Assembly (NCBI GenBank): GCA_004431415.1
Contig: QPMI01000436.1
Span: 1 to 64,000 of the forward strand
Origin: Cyanophora paradoxa CCMP329
Lineage: Eukaryota; Plantae; Glaucophyta
Direction of reading: 5' to 3'
Length of the DNA: 64,000 nucleotides
In this document: positions 33,060-45,300 of the stretch, one piece after another
Layout: the number at the start of each line of letters is the position of its first letter
Numbering within the stretch: the first letter of the stretch is position 1
Made by a program: the position numbers and the translations under genes
The notes under the pieces: model-generated
Told to the model about the DNA's origin: nothing
The model's input: the letters and a program-made list of their open reading frames with translations, nothing else
Database searches by the model: none

Positions 33060-35515
33060 CTACTCGTCGGCGACGGCGACGAAGCCGAGGGGCACGCCGC
33101 CGCGGGCCTCGGCGCCGGGTTCGCCCCCCCCGAGCCCCGCCAGGATCGCCTCCTGGTCCACCGCGAAGCCGCTGCGTCGGATCCGGAGGAGGCAGGTAAG
33201 CTTCTAAAATGAAGAGCCGCTGCATTTATCATGGCACATTAATATTCAAGATTCCTCGGGCCGCCCCGCCCTCAAAGTTTCATTATAATTACGCCGCCCA
33301 TCATGATCATCGCGTCTCGGACGCAGATCTAGAACCGCTGCATATGCATCGCTAGCCGTCGCAGGGCCGTCCCGCCCTCGAGCTCAAAGCGTCATAATGG
33401 CGCCCATGATCATGATCGCGATCAATATCAACTCAGTGATCGTGAGCGGACCTGCCGGCGGCGAAGGCGAGGTTGGCGCCGTAGAGGGCGTCGTGCAGGC
33501 TCTGGTCCGCCTGCGTCCCGCTGATGCCGTCCGCGCCGTCGTCCCCCGCCGCCGCGATCTGCAATCGGATCGTCAACCGCGCGCGATATCGATTGTAACC
33601 AATTTAGTCTTGTTATAATTACGGCAGGGCCCGTGGGTGAGTCGAATTCCTAGCCCAATATGAATTGAAACCCGACGCTGAGCTAGTCTGAAGTCTCTAT
33701 TAATTTTCCATGATCATGATCAGTTCAATTATAATGATGAGCCGAAGATGGAAGGGGAGGACCTTGACGGTTCGTTAACAAATCGCTTCTTAAAATGTCC
33801 CACTGGACCATGGCAGCTAAGCCATATATATTAGAGCTAGCTAGATTATGGAGTTCAGAGATAGACATAAACATTGAATTCGAAGCTTTAGATTAAAGGA
33901 CGCCGACCTTGACGCGGTAGAGGAGCCTGGAGGGCTCGCCGGGGTGGACGTGGAGGGAGCCCGGCACGTAATGCACCCGCCCCGGCTCCACCTGCCGAGC
34001 GCGAATTTAATTGATATTCATGATCATTTATAATTGCCGGAGCGCGAATTTCAATAGCCAGACACTATTGCCGGACACCGAGCAGGGGCCGGGCTAGATA
34101 TCATGGCAGAACGATCCGGATAATAAAATACGCGTACGTATACGCGTGTATATATAGTATAGGCTCAAAGTAGCCGCTTTATATATATTAGCCGCTCAAA
34201 GTTTGGAGCTTGGCTCAGCGAAATTCGAAATGATTCGGGTTGCGCGGGCGGGCGCCAGCGGGCGCCTGGGCGGCGTGGGCGATGGCGAGGGTCACGAGGC
34301 GCTGGGCGTCCGTGCTCGCCCGCCACGCCGCCAGCGCCTCCCCGGGCCCCGGGCCAGCCCCCTCGCCCGCCGCCAACTGAAGCCCGATCTGCACCGGCGG
34401 CAACACGTATCCGGAGTGAGAAATCGCGATCGAATGACGACGAATTCGAGTTTTTGATATTTATTGATGCAGATATAGATGCGCTTAAGCTTGAAATCAA
34501 CGTTTCGCACCTGGTGCTCTTTCTCGCCAGGAATGGCCCCGTCCGTTCCCGGGAGGACGCACCCCGTCGTGGCAGGGCCCGGAACGCTGCGAAAATGCAT
34601 GCGGACCGGAGCAAATTTCATTCGCGCATGCAATTTTCGCACGATTTCGCGTGCGCGCTGGGCGGGCGACGTCGAAGCTCACCTCGAAGCGATCCCCGGT
34701 TGCGAAATATCGCTCGTGCGGGCCGGCGGGTCGCCACCGACGCTCCAGACGCAGCACGGGTCTGCGCACACACGTCGACGTCCACACGGCGTAAGCGCAG
34801 CACAAGCTTAAGCAAATTATAAGCGCGAAAGTCAAGCGGAATTCGAATCCAAACTTCGAAGCACCGCCAAGCTCCCATCTGCGCCCACAAGCGTCAAGAT
34901 GATTAATATATTGGAGCTTCGAGTTCGAGTCGAGTCTCTATTGAAACGCGCGCCCGTTAGAGTAACCGTCGCGGTCGGAATCGAAGCGGCACAGCCCCGG
35001 AGTCCACTGGAGCCGCCAGAGCTTGAAATCCTCACCTACTCGTAAACGCACATGTACAGCTTAGAGCTCGAGAGCCGGGCCGCCGCGCACGTGCACGCGC
35101 CGCACGTGCGCGAATGGTTTCAGCAAGAGAGAAATCAAACGGGCGGACCGAACGGATTCAGGGCGCCGCCGCCCGCGCGGTTCGCGTGCCCAACGCCCGG
35201 CCAAGCCTGCCCCTCGACGATCACGTTCTCCCCATTCGGGATTCTCGACCGGAATCTGCGCGCGCGCGCCGGCGCCGGCAGCGCAATTATTCGATGATTA
35301 TCGCTGCTCCAAGAGCATCTGATGGCCTAGTTTAATTTGGCCCGGCCAGCGATCTAGAGAGATCTGAGGAGAGCCGGCGCCAGGCCACCGTGCACGTGGC
35401 ATTTGCACGGTCGGCGCGGCGACACGCACTGCGGGATCGCGGCCGCGAGCTGCGCGAGGGCGATGAGGCCGAGGGTGGCAATCGCGACGAACGGGGGCGC
35501 TGGCGGGGAGCGCAT
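33060..35515 (-). CDS. Unknown secreted protein; multi-exon with relatively long AT-rich introns
   Basis: Signal-like start MRSPPAPPFVAIATLGLIALAQLAAAIPQC. AG/GT-bounded coding exons include VEPGRVHYVPGSLHVHPGEPSRLLYRVK and IAAAGDDGADGISGTQADQSLHDALYGANLAFAAG; the last exon ends VAVADE*. Confidence 0.6.
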
Positions 35516-36056
35516 TGCGGGGCACTGGCAGCTGCGGCGGTGCATGTATACCCGCCCCCCCCCCCCCCCCCCTCGCCCCCCCCCCCCCCGCCCCCCGGGA
35601 CCCCGCGCATGCGCATCCCTCCTCTCCCCTTTCCCCTCCTTCCCCCTCGCCCCCCTCGGCCCCCTCGCACCCTCCCAGTTATAGATCAACTACCCTCAAA
35701 TATTATATAATTAATTAATATTAATCCTTGGGATATCGATCTCTCCGAGGCTCACCCCCTCTCTTCCAGCCCCTCGAGCTCCCCGCGGGACCTGAGGCGG
35801 TACACGTACGTTCGAAATTCACGTGCACAGCTGCAGCCGGGATCCGGAGACGGCCCCTTACGTATACACTCGTGAACTGCCCTCAGGCTGGTCAAGTTTG
35901 TTCTAAGCACAACGAAAGCGGGTTAGCCCTGGCGCTCTGTTTGAAATTGTGAACTCGAGACAGCTTGATCGTGTCACTTCAAATGAATTTCGAAGCCAGC
36001 TTTTCTGCCGGATCCGGATGAACTTTCGGAAAATGCCTGTACGCAGCAGGCGGTCC

Positions 36057-36123
36057 AAAATCGAAGCCTGATATCGATATCGATGAGGTCAAAAATCGAA
36101 GCCTGATATCGATATCGATGAGG
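36057..36123. repeat. 35-bp period tandem duplication
   Basis: AAAATCGAAGCCTGATATCGATATCGATGAGG occurs twice. Confidence 0.85.
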
Positions 36124-36347
36124 AGCGAATCTCGACACAGATCTAGAGCGATCAAACGAGCGACTGTACAAGCGCCCTTGAAAACGGTCCATCAAGAAGC
36201 CCTGACTGTGAAACGACGACAAGTCCTACGTCTAGAGGAAATCATGAAACGATAAAGAAGATATGCTTCGTTTTCAATATCTGCAAGCTCAAGTACTTGG
36301 CCTATAGATAGCTATAGATCCACGTTTATGCAGGGTCGTGGCCGTGT

Positions 36348-39300
36348 TCACGCGGCGAGGGTCGGGCTCTCGCGCCCGACGGGCGCGGCGGCCCACTTGC
36401 GCATCGTCGCGAGCAGCGTCTCCTTCAGGATCGGCTTCGTGATCTGCGGGGGGCGGCGCGGGGAGGGGGCATGCTCAGCCGCGCGCAGGGCTTCTTTACG
36501 TGGATCTGGAGCTCATGATCAGAGATAAACGGCTCACGACAAAGTCCATGCCGGCCTTGAGGCACTGGTTGTGGTCCTCGACGGACGCGTGCGCCGTGAG
36601 GCCCACGATCGGCAGCCGCCGCGGCGCGGGGCGCCCCGCCGCCGCCGCCGCCGCCTCCCGCGCCCGCTCCCACGCCCGGATCTCCTCCGTCGCGCTGTAC
36701 CCGTCCTTCCGCGGCATCTATACCCCCCCGGCCCGATCAGCCCCGCCCCGACCCGCCCGCCCCGCCTCGCCTCCGGCCCACCTGGCAGTCCATGAGGACG
36801 AGGGCGTAGGGGCACCTCCCGCCGGCCGAGGCGGCCGCGCCGCCCGCGGCGGCGGCGCCAGAGGCGAAGGCGCGGGTGACGGCCTCGACGCCCTCGACGC
36901 CTGCCCGGGGGGCGGGTCCGGTCAGCGCGGGGCTCAGAGGAGGCGGGGCGGGGGGGCGGGCAGAGCAAGCGGGCAGGCACCGTCCTCGGCGGTGCTGGTG
37001 GCGGCGCCCATGCGCTCCAGCATCGTCTGCGCCACCCGCCGGTTCACCGCGTTGTCCTGCGCATGCGCGCGAGTCGAGTCAGAGGGTGGACGGGAGGGGC
37101 CGGGCCGACGGGGAAGCCGATGGTCGCTCTGTCTAAAATTTGGCCAAGCCAAGTCTGTTTAGAGTCGGCGAAGCTTAAATATTAGCTCTTTTTGAATCTG
37201 TAAGGGCGCGCCTCGACGATGAGGATGTGTAGGCCGGCGAGCTCCTTCCCGGGGGCCCCCGCCCCCGCCGCCCCCGCCGCGCCGCCGCCGCCGACGCCGT
37301 TCCCGTTCGCCTTGCGCCCGTTCGCGCGGGGCGGCGTCCCGGGCGCCGACGCAGACGCCCGGATCGCCTCTGGGGCCGGGGCGCCCGGCGCCGCCGCGCT
37401 CGGCTGCGGCTTCGCCGGGGCCGGCGCCGGGCGGGGTCCAGAATCGGGACCGGGGCCGGGGCCGGGGCCGGGGCCTCTTGCTCGGCGGAGGGCGAGGAGG
37501 CCTGCAGGTACCGGCGGATGGCCTCCGAGGAGCCGGGGCCGCCCGAGGGGCCGTACGAGGCGTCGGCGGCCGCGAGGCGCTCCCGCCGCGGCGACGTCCC
37601 TGTGCTGGAGAGCACCGAGAGGCACGAGCCCGTCGAGCCGCGCCGCCCCGCCCCGCCGGCATCGCCGGCGTCGCCGGCGTCGCTGACGCCGACGCCGCCG
37701 CCGCCCGCTCTGAAGGGGAGGGCATAGCCGCGTGCGTCTTGGGCCGCTGCACGCCGTTCTCCAGCGGCGCCGCGGCGGCGGCCGCCGCCGAGGGCGCGAT
37801 CGAGGGGGCGGGGCCTGCCCGCGGGCGGCCGCGGCGGCGCCCGAGAGCGTGGGCGAGGAGCGGCGGCGCCCGAGGCGCGCGGCGGCCGCCGCCGCGCCGA
37901 TGGTCGCCATTCCGCCGCCGCCGCCGCCGCCGGCGTCAGCGTCGAGGCCGCCCGAGGGGACGCCGCCGCTGGCGCCGCCGCTGCTGCTGCCGGTGCAGTT
38001 GAAGCTCACGACCCGCGGCAGCGTCACCGCCCGCGCGATCGCGGGCGCGCCCCGCCGATGGCCGCCGGCGCCTCCTGCGCTCGCCCGAGCGCGGCGGCGG
38101 CGGCGGCGCCGTCGGCGAGGCCGTCGGCGGCGCGGGCATGCGAGGAGCGCGAGGCGATGCGGGCCATGCCGCTGGCGTACGCGGCCTTGGCGGCCGTCGA
38201 GCGCCGGAAGGCCTCGATGTCGCGCGGCGTCACGCCGTGCCGCGCGTGCAGCGGGCCGCCCCGCGCCCGCGGCGGCGACCGCGAGCCCGTCCCCGCCGAC
38301 GAGCGCGGCGAGGCCCGCCCCGAGCCGCGCCCGGCGAGCCCCGCCGGCGGCGTCGCGCAGTGCGGCGGGGTCGCCGCGCCGCTGGCGCCCGGCGTGCCCG
38401 CCGCCGAGCGCCGCGCGGCCGCCAGGGCGGCGTTGAGGGGCGGGGCGGAGGGGGCGGCGAGGGGCGAGTCGCGGCCGAAGCCGAGGCCGGCGCTGGAGCC
38501 CGAGAGGCGGCGCTCGAAGGGGGAGAACGCGGCGAGGGCCCCGCCCTCGTCCTCGAGCTCCAGCTGCCGGCGCGCCGCCTCCATCAGGATGCCCACCGCG
38601 GCCCCCGCACCCGACAGCGCCGCCGCCGGCGCCGGCGCCGGCGCCGCCGCGTTGCTGCCCCGGCGCGAGCGGGCCGCGTCGGGGCGGGCGCCGCCGCCGC
38701 CGCCTCCTCCGCCTCGGCCGAGGCTGTTGAGGCTCCTGGGGCCACCACGCCCTCGCCCCCGCCCCGCCCCTCCCCCTCCTCCCCCTCCTCCTCCTCCTCG
38801 TCCTCCGCGTCCTCCGTCTGCTCCGCGCTCCGCTCCCCCTCCTCGTCCTCCTCGGCGATGCCGGCGGCGCGGCCGCTGCAGCGGAGCAGCGCCTTGACGA
38901 GCTTGCCCATCGTGACGGGCTTGTGGAGGACGAGGGACGAGGCCCCGCGGGGCGCCCGCCCTGACCCGCCGCCGCTCCCGTCGCCCGACCCGGCCCCCGT
39001 GAACTGGGGCGGCTCCAGCACGCAGACGTAGATCGGCGGGCGCGCCGCGGCCCCAGAAGCAGAAGAAGAGGACTGAGGCTGAGGCGGAGCGGCGGCGGCC
39101 TCCAGGGCGGCCTGCAGCTTCTCCTCGTAGTCCAGCGCGAGCCGGTCCGCAAAGATGACGCCGTACGCCGCCCCGGCCTCGCCCTCGCCCTCGGGCCCGG
39201 CGGCGGCCCCGGCGGCCTCGCCGCCTCGCTTCAGGGCCTGGGCGAAGCAGGCAACGGCGGCCGCGAAATCCTCGCAGACGGCCGAGGAGGAGGCGACGCC

Positions 39301-42300
39301 CAGCGAGGCCAGGAACGACGAGAGGAGCGCCCCGACCTGAGGGCGAGGCTAACGTTAGAGACGAAGAGGAGGGGGTAGGTAGGTAGGTAGGCAGGTAGGA
39401 AGGGGTCACCTGCTCGCGGGGGTGGAGGGCGAGGGTCGCGCAGCCGGCGACCTCGCCGGGGGGCCCCGCGCCGCCGGCGCCGCGGACGCGCAGGCGCGGC
39501 ACAAGCGGCCCCGGCGGCCGCACCGCGACCTAAGGAGGGGTCAGATCAGATCATTTCGGATCGGATCGGATCAGATGGGATCTGATCTGAGCGGACCTCG
39601 CAGGTCTCGGCGGGGGTGAGGAGGCCGACGCGCGCCGTGAAAAAGAAGGCCGAGCCTTGCCCTGCGGGGCGGACCACGTCAGCGACCCGCCGCCACCTGT
39701 ACCCCCCTCTGCCTGTACCCCCCGCGCACCGTAGGTGGACTCGACGCCAATGGAGCCCGACATGAGCCCCGCGAGCTCCTTCGAGATCGCCAGCTGCGCG
39801 GCGGGCGGGCGGGGGTACAGGTGAGGCCGGCGGGCGGGGGGGGGGTACAGGAGAGCGAGGAGCGAGCGCACGCCGAGGCCGGTGCCTGCGAAGCGCCGCG
39901 TGGAGCTCGTGTCCACCTGCGAGAACCTGTACCCCGCGCCCGCCCCGGCGTCAGGCAGGCTGGCTGGCGCCGGGGGCGGTGCGGTGCGGGGGGCGGAGGC
40001 CGCCGCACCGCTGGAAGAGCTTGGCCTTCTCGTCGTCGCGGATGCCCAGGCCGCTGTCCCGGACCTGCATGCGCGCCACGTTTAGTGACGTCTCTTCTTC
40101 TTGCTCTTCCTTTCTACTGCTCGGCCCGCGCACGCACCTCGAAGCGGAGGGTGACGTACTCGCGCTCGGCGGCGCCGCCGAGCGAGGGGCGGCCGCGCGG
40201 GGCCGGCGTCCCCGGGATGGAGGCCGAGGAGGAGGTGCCGGCGGTGCACCCCGAGCCCGCGCCGGGTCCCTCGACGAGGGAGACGGTGAGGGCGACGAAC
40301 CCCTCCCGCGTGAACTTCACCCCGTTCGCTGCGCCGAGCGGGGTCAAGGGCGGGAGGCGGGGCGGGGCGGGGTGGGGCGGGGCGGGGGGGGGGGGGGGGG
40401 GGGGAAGGGGGGGAGGGGGGGGAAAGGGGGGGGGAGCGGGGCGCGGAGAAGAAGTTGAGGAGGATCGAATAAAAGTTCGGGATCGACGAAAAGTTCGGGA
40501 TCGACGGAAAGCTCGGGATCGACGGAAAGCTCGGGATCGGCGCACAGAGGAAGTTGAGGAGGATCTGGCCGAGGCGCTTGCAGTCGGCGTAGACGAACTG
40601 CGGGCACTCCCGCGCCGCCAGCGAGAGCAGGTCCAGCCCCTTGTTCCCCGCCTGCATCCCGGGCGGTGAGGCCGCGCCCTCCCTCCAACCCCAACCCTCC
40701 CTCCCTCTCCCGCCGCCCCGCCGGGGGCGGTGAGGTGGGGCCGCCCCCCTCCCCCCTCCCCCTCCCTCCCTCCTCCCCCTCCCCTCCCCCCCCCCTCCTC
40801 TAATCCTCCCTCCCTCCTCTAATTTTCTTCTCCCCCTCCCCCTCCAATCTGACCTGCATGACGACGCAGTCGAGGACGGACTCCAGCATGCTGTCCAGGC
40901 AGAAGACCTCGGGCTGGAGCTCGAGCTTGCCGGCCTCGATCTTGGAGAAGTCGAGCACGTCGTTCACGATCGCCATCAGGCTCGTCCCTGGGGGGGTGGG
41001 GGGGAGAGTCAGATCGGATCTGATCCGATCCGATCCAGGGAGAGGTCGAGCTTCCGCGCTTAGATCTCCCGCCCCGCGCCCCATCTCTCTCTCGCGCGCG
41101 CACCGCAGGAGTGAATGATGGCGCCGTACTCGCGCTGGTCGGTCTCGAGCTCCGTCTCGAGCAGCAGCTGCGACATCCCGATGATCCCGTTCAGCGGCTG
41201 CGCGAAGCGGAGGAGAGGTCAGCGGGCGTCGAAAAGGCGGGGCGAGGCGGGGCGCACCGTGCGGATCTCTGCGGTGCGCAAAAGCAGAGCGGGGCGGGTC
41301 ATCAGCGACGTCAGCGGAACGCGGGCGCGGGCGCAAAGAATCCTCGGACCGTGCGAGATGTTCGCGAGCTGCGCGGGGCAGGCGGGCGTGAGAACGGCCG
41401 TCGAGAACACAGAGCGACGCTGGGCGGGGCGGGGCGGGGCGGACGAAGGAGCGCTTGGCGGCGTTGGAGGCCTGCGCCTCCCGCATCGAAGCCTGCACCG
41501 CCGCCTCCTGCTCCTTCATCCGCGTCCTGCGGGCGGCGTCAGGAAGGAGGGAGGGGGGAGGAGGGAGGGAGGGGGGGCGCACAGGTCGCGGACGATGCCC
41601 GTGAACATGCGGCGGCCCCCGAGCTGCGGGCCCCGTCAGAAACAAGAAAGCAGACGGGAAGCATGAGACGCTTCGAATTCAAGCTGAAAATGCTTCAAGC
41701 TTTGCGATGCTTCGAGCTCAAAGATACTTCAAGCTTTAGACTCTAAGCTTTAAGATGCTCTAAGCTCCTGCCGCGGACCTTGAACTCGTTCAAGGCTATC
41801 TCGACGCTTTAGGTGCTTTAGGCTTTAGGCTGCTAAGATGCTTTAGGCTTAGGCTGCTAAGAAAGCAAGCTTTCAGCTTGGGCTTCTTAAGCTTAACGGA
41901 CCTTGAACTCGTTCATGGCGATCTCGACGGGGAACTCGGAGCCGTCGGCGCGGCGGCCCGCCGTCTCGCGCGCCCGCCCCGCAAGCTCCTCGAGGGCGCG
42001 CCCCGCGAGGCCCGGGAGGAAGGCGGCGAGGGGCCGCCCCAGGATCGCCCCGATGCCCGCCCCGAACATACGCTCCGCCGCCGCGTTCGCCTGCGGAGCG
42101 AGGGGCGAGGGGCGAGGGGCGAGGGGCGTCGGCCGAGGACGAGGACGGGGCGCAGAGAGGCGGGGCGGGGCGGCGCCGGCTCGAGAAACCAGCCAGCCAG
42201 CCAGCTACTGCTAGTAGGAAGCCCCTGGCCCGCCCTCTCCGTCGCTTCGCTTCGGTCGCACCTGGGAGACGGCGCCGGAGGCGTCGGCGGTGATGATGCA

Positions 42301-45300
42301 GTCCCACGCCGACTCGAGGATCGACCGGTTGTGCTCCTCGCTCTCCTTCACCGCCTGGAGGAGGGGGCTAGGCTCAGAAAAGGGAAGGGAAGGGGAGGGG
42401 AGAGGGGCGGCTCGCTGGCTCGCCTGCTCGGCGGCGCGCTGGCGGGAGACGTCCTCGATGGCGAGGATGTAGGAGCGGCGGCCGCCCCCGAGCACGATGT
42501 CCGTCGTCGACACGTTCGCCGGGAACTGCCGAGGGGCGAGGGCGGCGCGCGTCAGCGTCCAAGACGGGAGGGCGGGGACGAGCCAAGCGCCAGCCTAGCC
42601 TAGCCTAGCCTCGGCTCGAGACGGCGAGCGAGGAAGGCCGGGAGGCAGCGCAGCCCGGGGGCCCCGCCTGGGCCTCGGCCTCAGCCTCAGCTGGTCTAGC
42701 CTCAGCTTTGGATGATGATGGCGAGGAAGAAAGACCACCCCCGCCTGGCCTAGCATCCTCGCCTAGATCTAGCCCAGCCCAGCCCAGCCCGAGCGAGCGG
42801 GCGGGCCCGGGACGCACGCGGGAGCCGTCGCGGCGCTCGGCGAGGACCTCGCGCTGCTGCCCGACGACCTCGCGCGACCCCGCGGCGAGGTCCGCGTGCA
42901 GCGCGGCGCCCACGAGGACCGAGGCCGGGCGCCCGACCAGCTCCGACCGCTTCACCCCGAAGATCTTCTCCGCCGCGTGGTTCTGCGGGGCGGAGCGGGA
43001 GGGCGGTCAGCTGGAGCCTAAGCTGAAGCCTAGCTTCGTCACCAAGGGCATCCATCTATCTGGCCCCGGGTCGCCGCCCCGCCCCGCCCCGCCCCGCCCC
43101 GGGCGCCGCGGCGGGCGCGCTCGGTGCGGGAGCTGAAGCCTAGCCTCATCCATCCATCTATCTAGCCCCGGCCCGGCCCAGGCCCCGGGCGCCGCGGTCT
43201 GCGTGCGGACCATGAGGGTGATCTCGCCGCCCGAGTCGACGACGAGGATGCCGACGTACACCGCCTCGATCACCGACCGCGTCTCCTGCGAAAACGAGGT
43301 TAACTTCCCGGGCTTCTTCCCTTCCGCCCCTTCTAAGGAGCTCAGCTCTGACGAGCTAAGCTTCGGGGGCCTCTTCCCCTCCCCCCGCCCCTTGGCTCAG
43401 CTTTGACGAGCTAAGCTTAGCTTCGGGGGCCTCTCGTCCCGCGCCCCTTCCCTCCTCGCTCCCTCGCTCGCACCTGGCGGGACTCGGCGAGCATCGCCTC
43501 GAAGTTCTGCTCGGCGCTCTTCGCCGCGGTGCCCTTGCTCGCGTCGTCCAGGAACTGCCGGATCGCCTCTGCGCGGCCGGCGAGTGAGCCCGGCTGGCTG
43601 GCTGGCCCCGCTTGCGCTCCTCCGACTTAGGCGGCGCACCGATCTTATCGAGCTCCTCGCTGGGGACCATGCTGCGGGGGCGGGGGCGGGGGCGGGGCGC
43701 GCAGACGTCAGGTCCGGCCGCGGCCGGTCGCCGGCGGGGGCGGGGGCGGGGCGCGCCAGAGCATGGAGAGGGTCAGGTCGCCCTCCTCCCGCAGCTCCGC
43801 GAGGCTGCCCCGAGCGTGAGCGCCGAGAGAGTAGTGAAAGGAACGGAAGCCAAGGGGCGGGGCGCGCAGTGGAAGGAAGATCGCGAGGAGGTACATATAT
43901 TAAGTCGTGCTCTGGATATCGGGGCGCACATGGGGAGGAAGATGGCGAGGAACATGAAGAGGACGGCGCCGAGGGCGACGAGGAGGAGCGTCTCCTGCAG
44001 GCGGATCGCCCGCTTGAGGTGGCCCAGCGACTCCCCCGAGAAGCGTGCGATCGCCACGTCCAGCTGCTGCGAGAGCAGGCCTGAAGAAGGGGGAAAGAGG
44101 CGTCAGAGCCGGCGGCTCCCTTTCCTCAGCCTCGGACATCTTCTCCTCACCCCAGTCGGCCTCGGCGATGTGGCGGTAGTGCGGGTTGGCTTCGTCCAGG
44201 CGCGCGTCGGGCTGCGCCGCCAGCGCCCGCCCCTCGTCCACAAAGCGCGTCACGCTGAACTCGAGGGGGTACGAGGCGCGGTAGTCGCCCGTGCGGTTCG
44301 CCTGGTGCGCCTCCGGGGCGGCGGGCGAGGAGGCGGAGGCGGCGGAGGCGGGGGCGCCGGCGCCGAAGTAGCGCGTGTAGGTCGCCGGGTCCATCGCGGG
44401 GGCCGAGTACATGAGCGCCTCCAGCGCGTCAAAGCGTCGGGAGGAGGCTGCGGATCGGATCGGAGGCGTCCGGTAAGCTGCGGAGGGCCGGGCCGGGGGG
44501 CGAGGGGCCCGCCCCCGCCGCGCGCGCGCTGAGGGCCCATGAACCTTGGCTGTACCCGGTACCCGCTGAGAAGGGGGGAAAGAGGGGTCGCGCGGGCGCG
44601 GCACCGCGTTATATATATGGGTCGCAGGTGGGGTTAGGCGGATGGGTGGGTAAATGGGTGCGATAGGGAGAAGCGCGGAACGGGCGCTAGAACGGGACCC
44701 GAAAGCGGCGCGCGCGAGGAATAATAGCTCACCCGAGACGCCGTAGGCGGCGCTGCCGTAGATGAGGGCCGTGTGGGTCGCCTCGAGCGCGTCGGCGTCG
44801 GCGAGCAGCGCCCGCCGCGCCGCGTCGCGCTCCTCGTCCGAGGCGGCCGTGACGAGCTGGAGGGCCACGAGGTGCACCCGCCTCACGAGCACGCCGCGCT
44901 GGCCCGAGGTCGCGATCTCGTTCGCAATGCCGAGGCCGTGCTGCGTCAGCCAGAACGAGTGGCCCAGCATGACGAGGAGCGCCGCGGCGATCACGAAGAA
45001 GCCGAGGAAGATGCGCTGGTACATGTGGGACTCGATGGCGACCGCCGTCGGGCTGTGCCGCCGCCCGCCCTCGCGCGCCTCGTTGCGCGCGTGGTTCACC
45101 GCGCTCTGCGCCGCCGCGGCGATGTTCGTCGAGGCGGTGCTGCTCGGCGGCGCCAGCGAGGCGAGGCCGGCGAAGCAGCCGGGCTCCATCGAGTACGCCG
45201 AGACCGACTGGCGCTTCTCCCCGTCGCAGCCCGTGGCCGCCTCGAACTCGGCCGACTCCTCCGCCAGGCCCAGCTCCTCCCGCCGGATCCCCTCGATGAG

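Noticed and set aside
40463-40540. Regularly spaced repeats suggestive of a CRISPR array
   Set aside because: Head-to-tail 18-bp units without unique spacers, inside a eukaryotic intron, with no cas genes.
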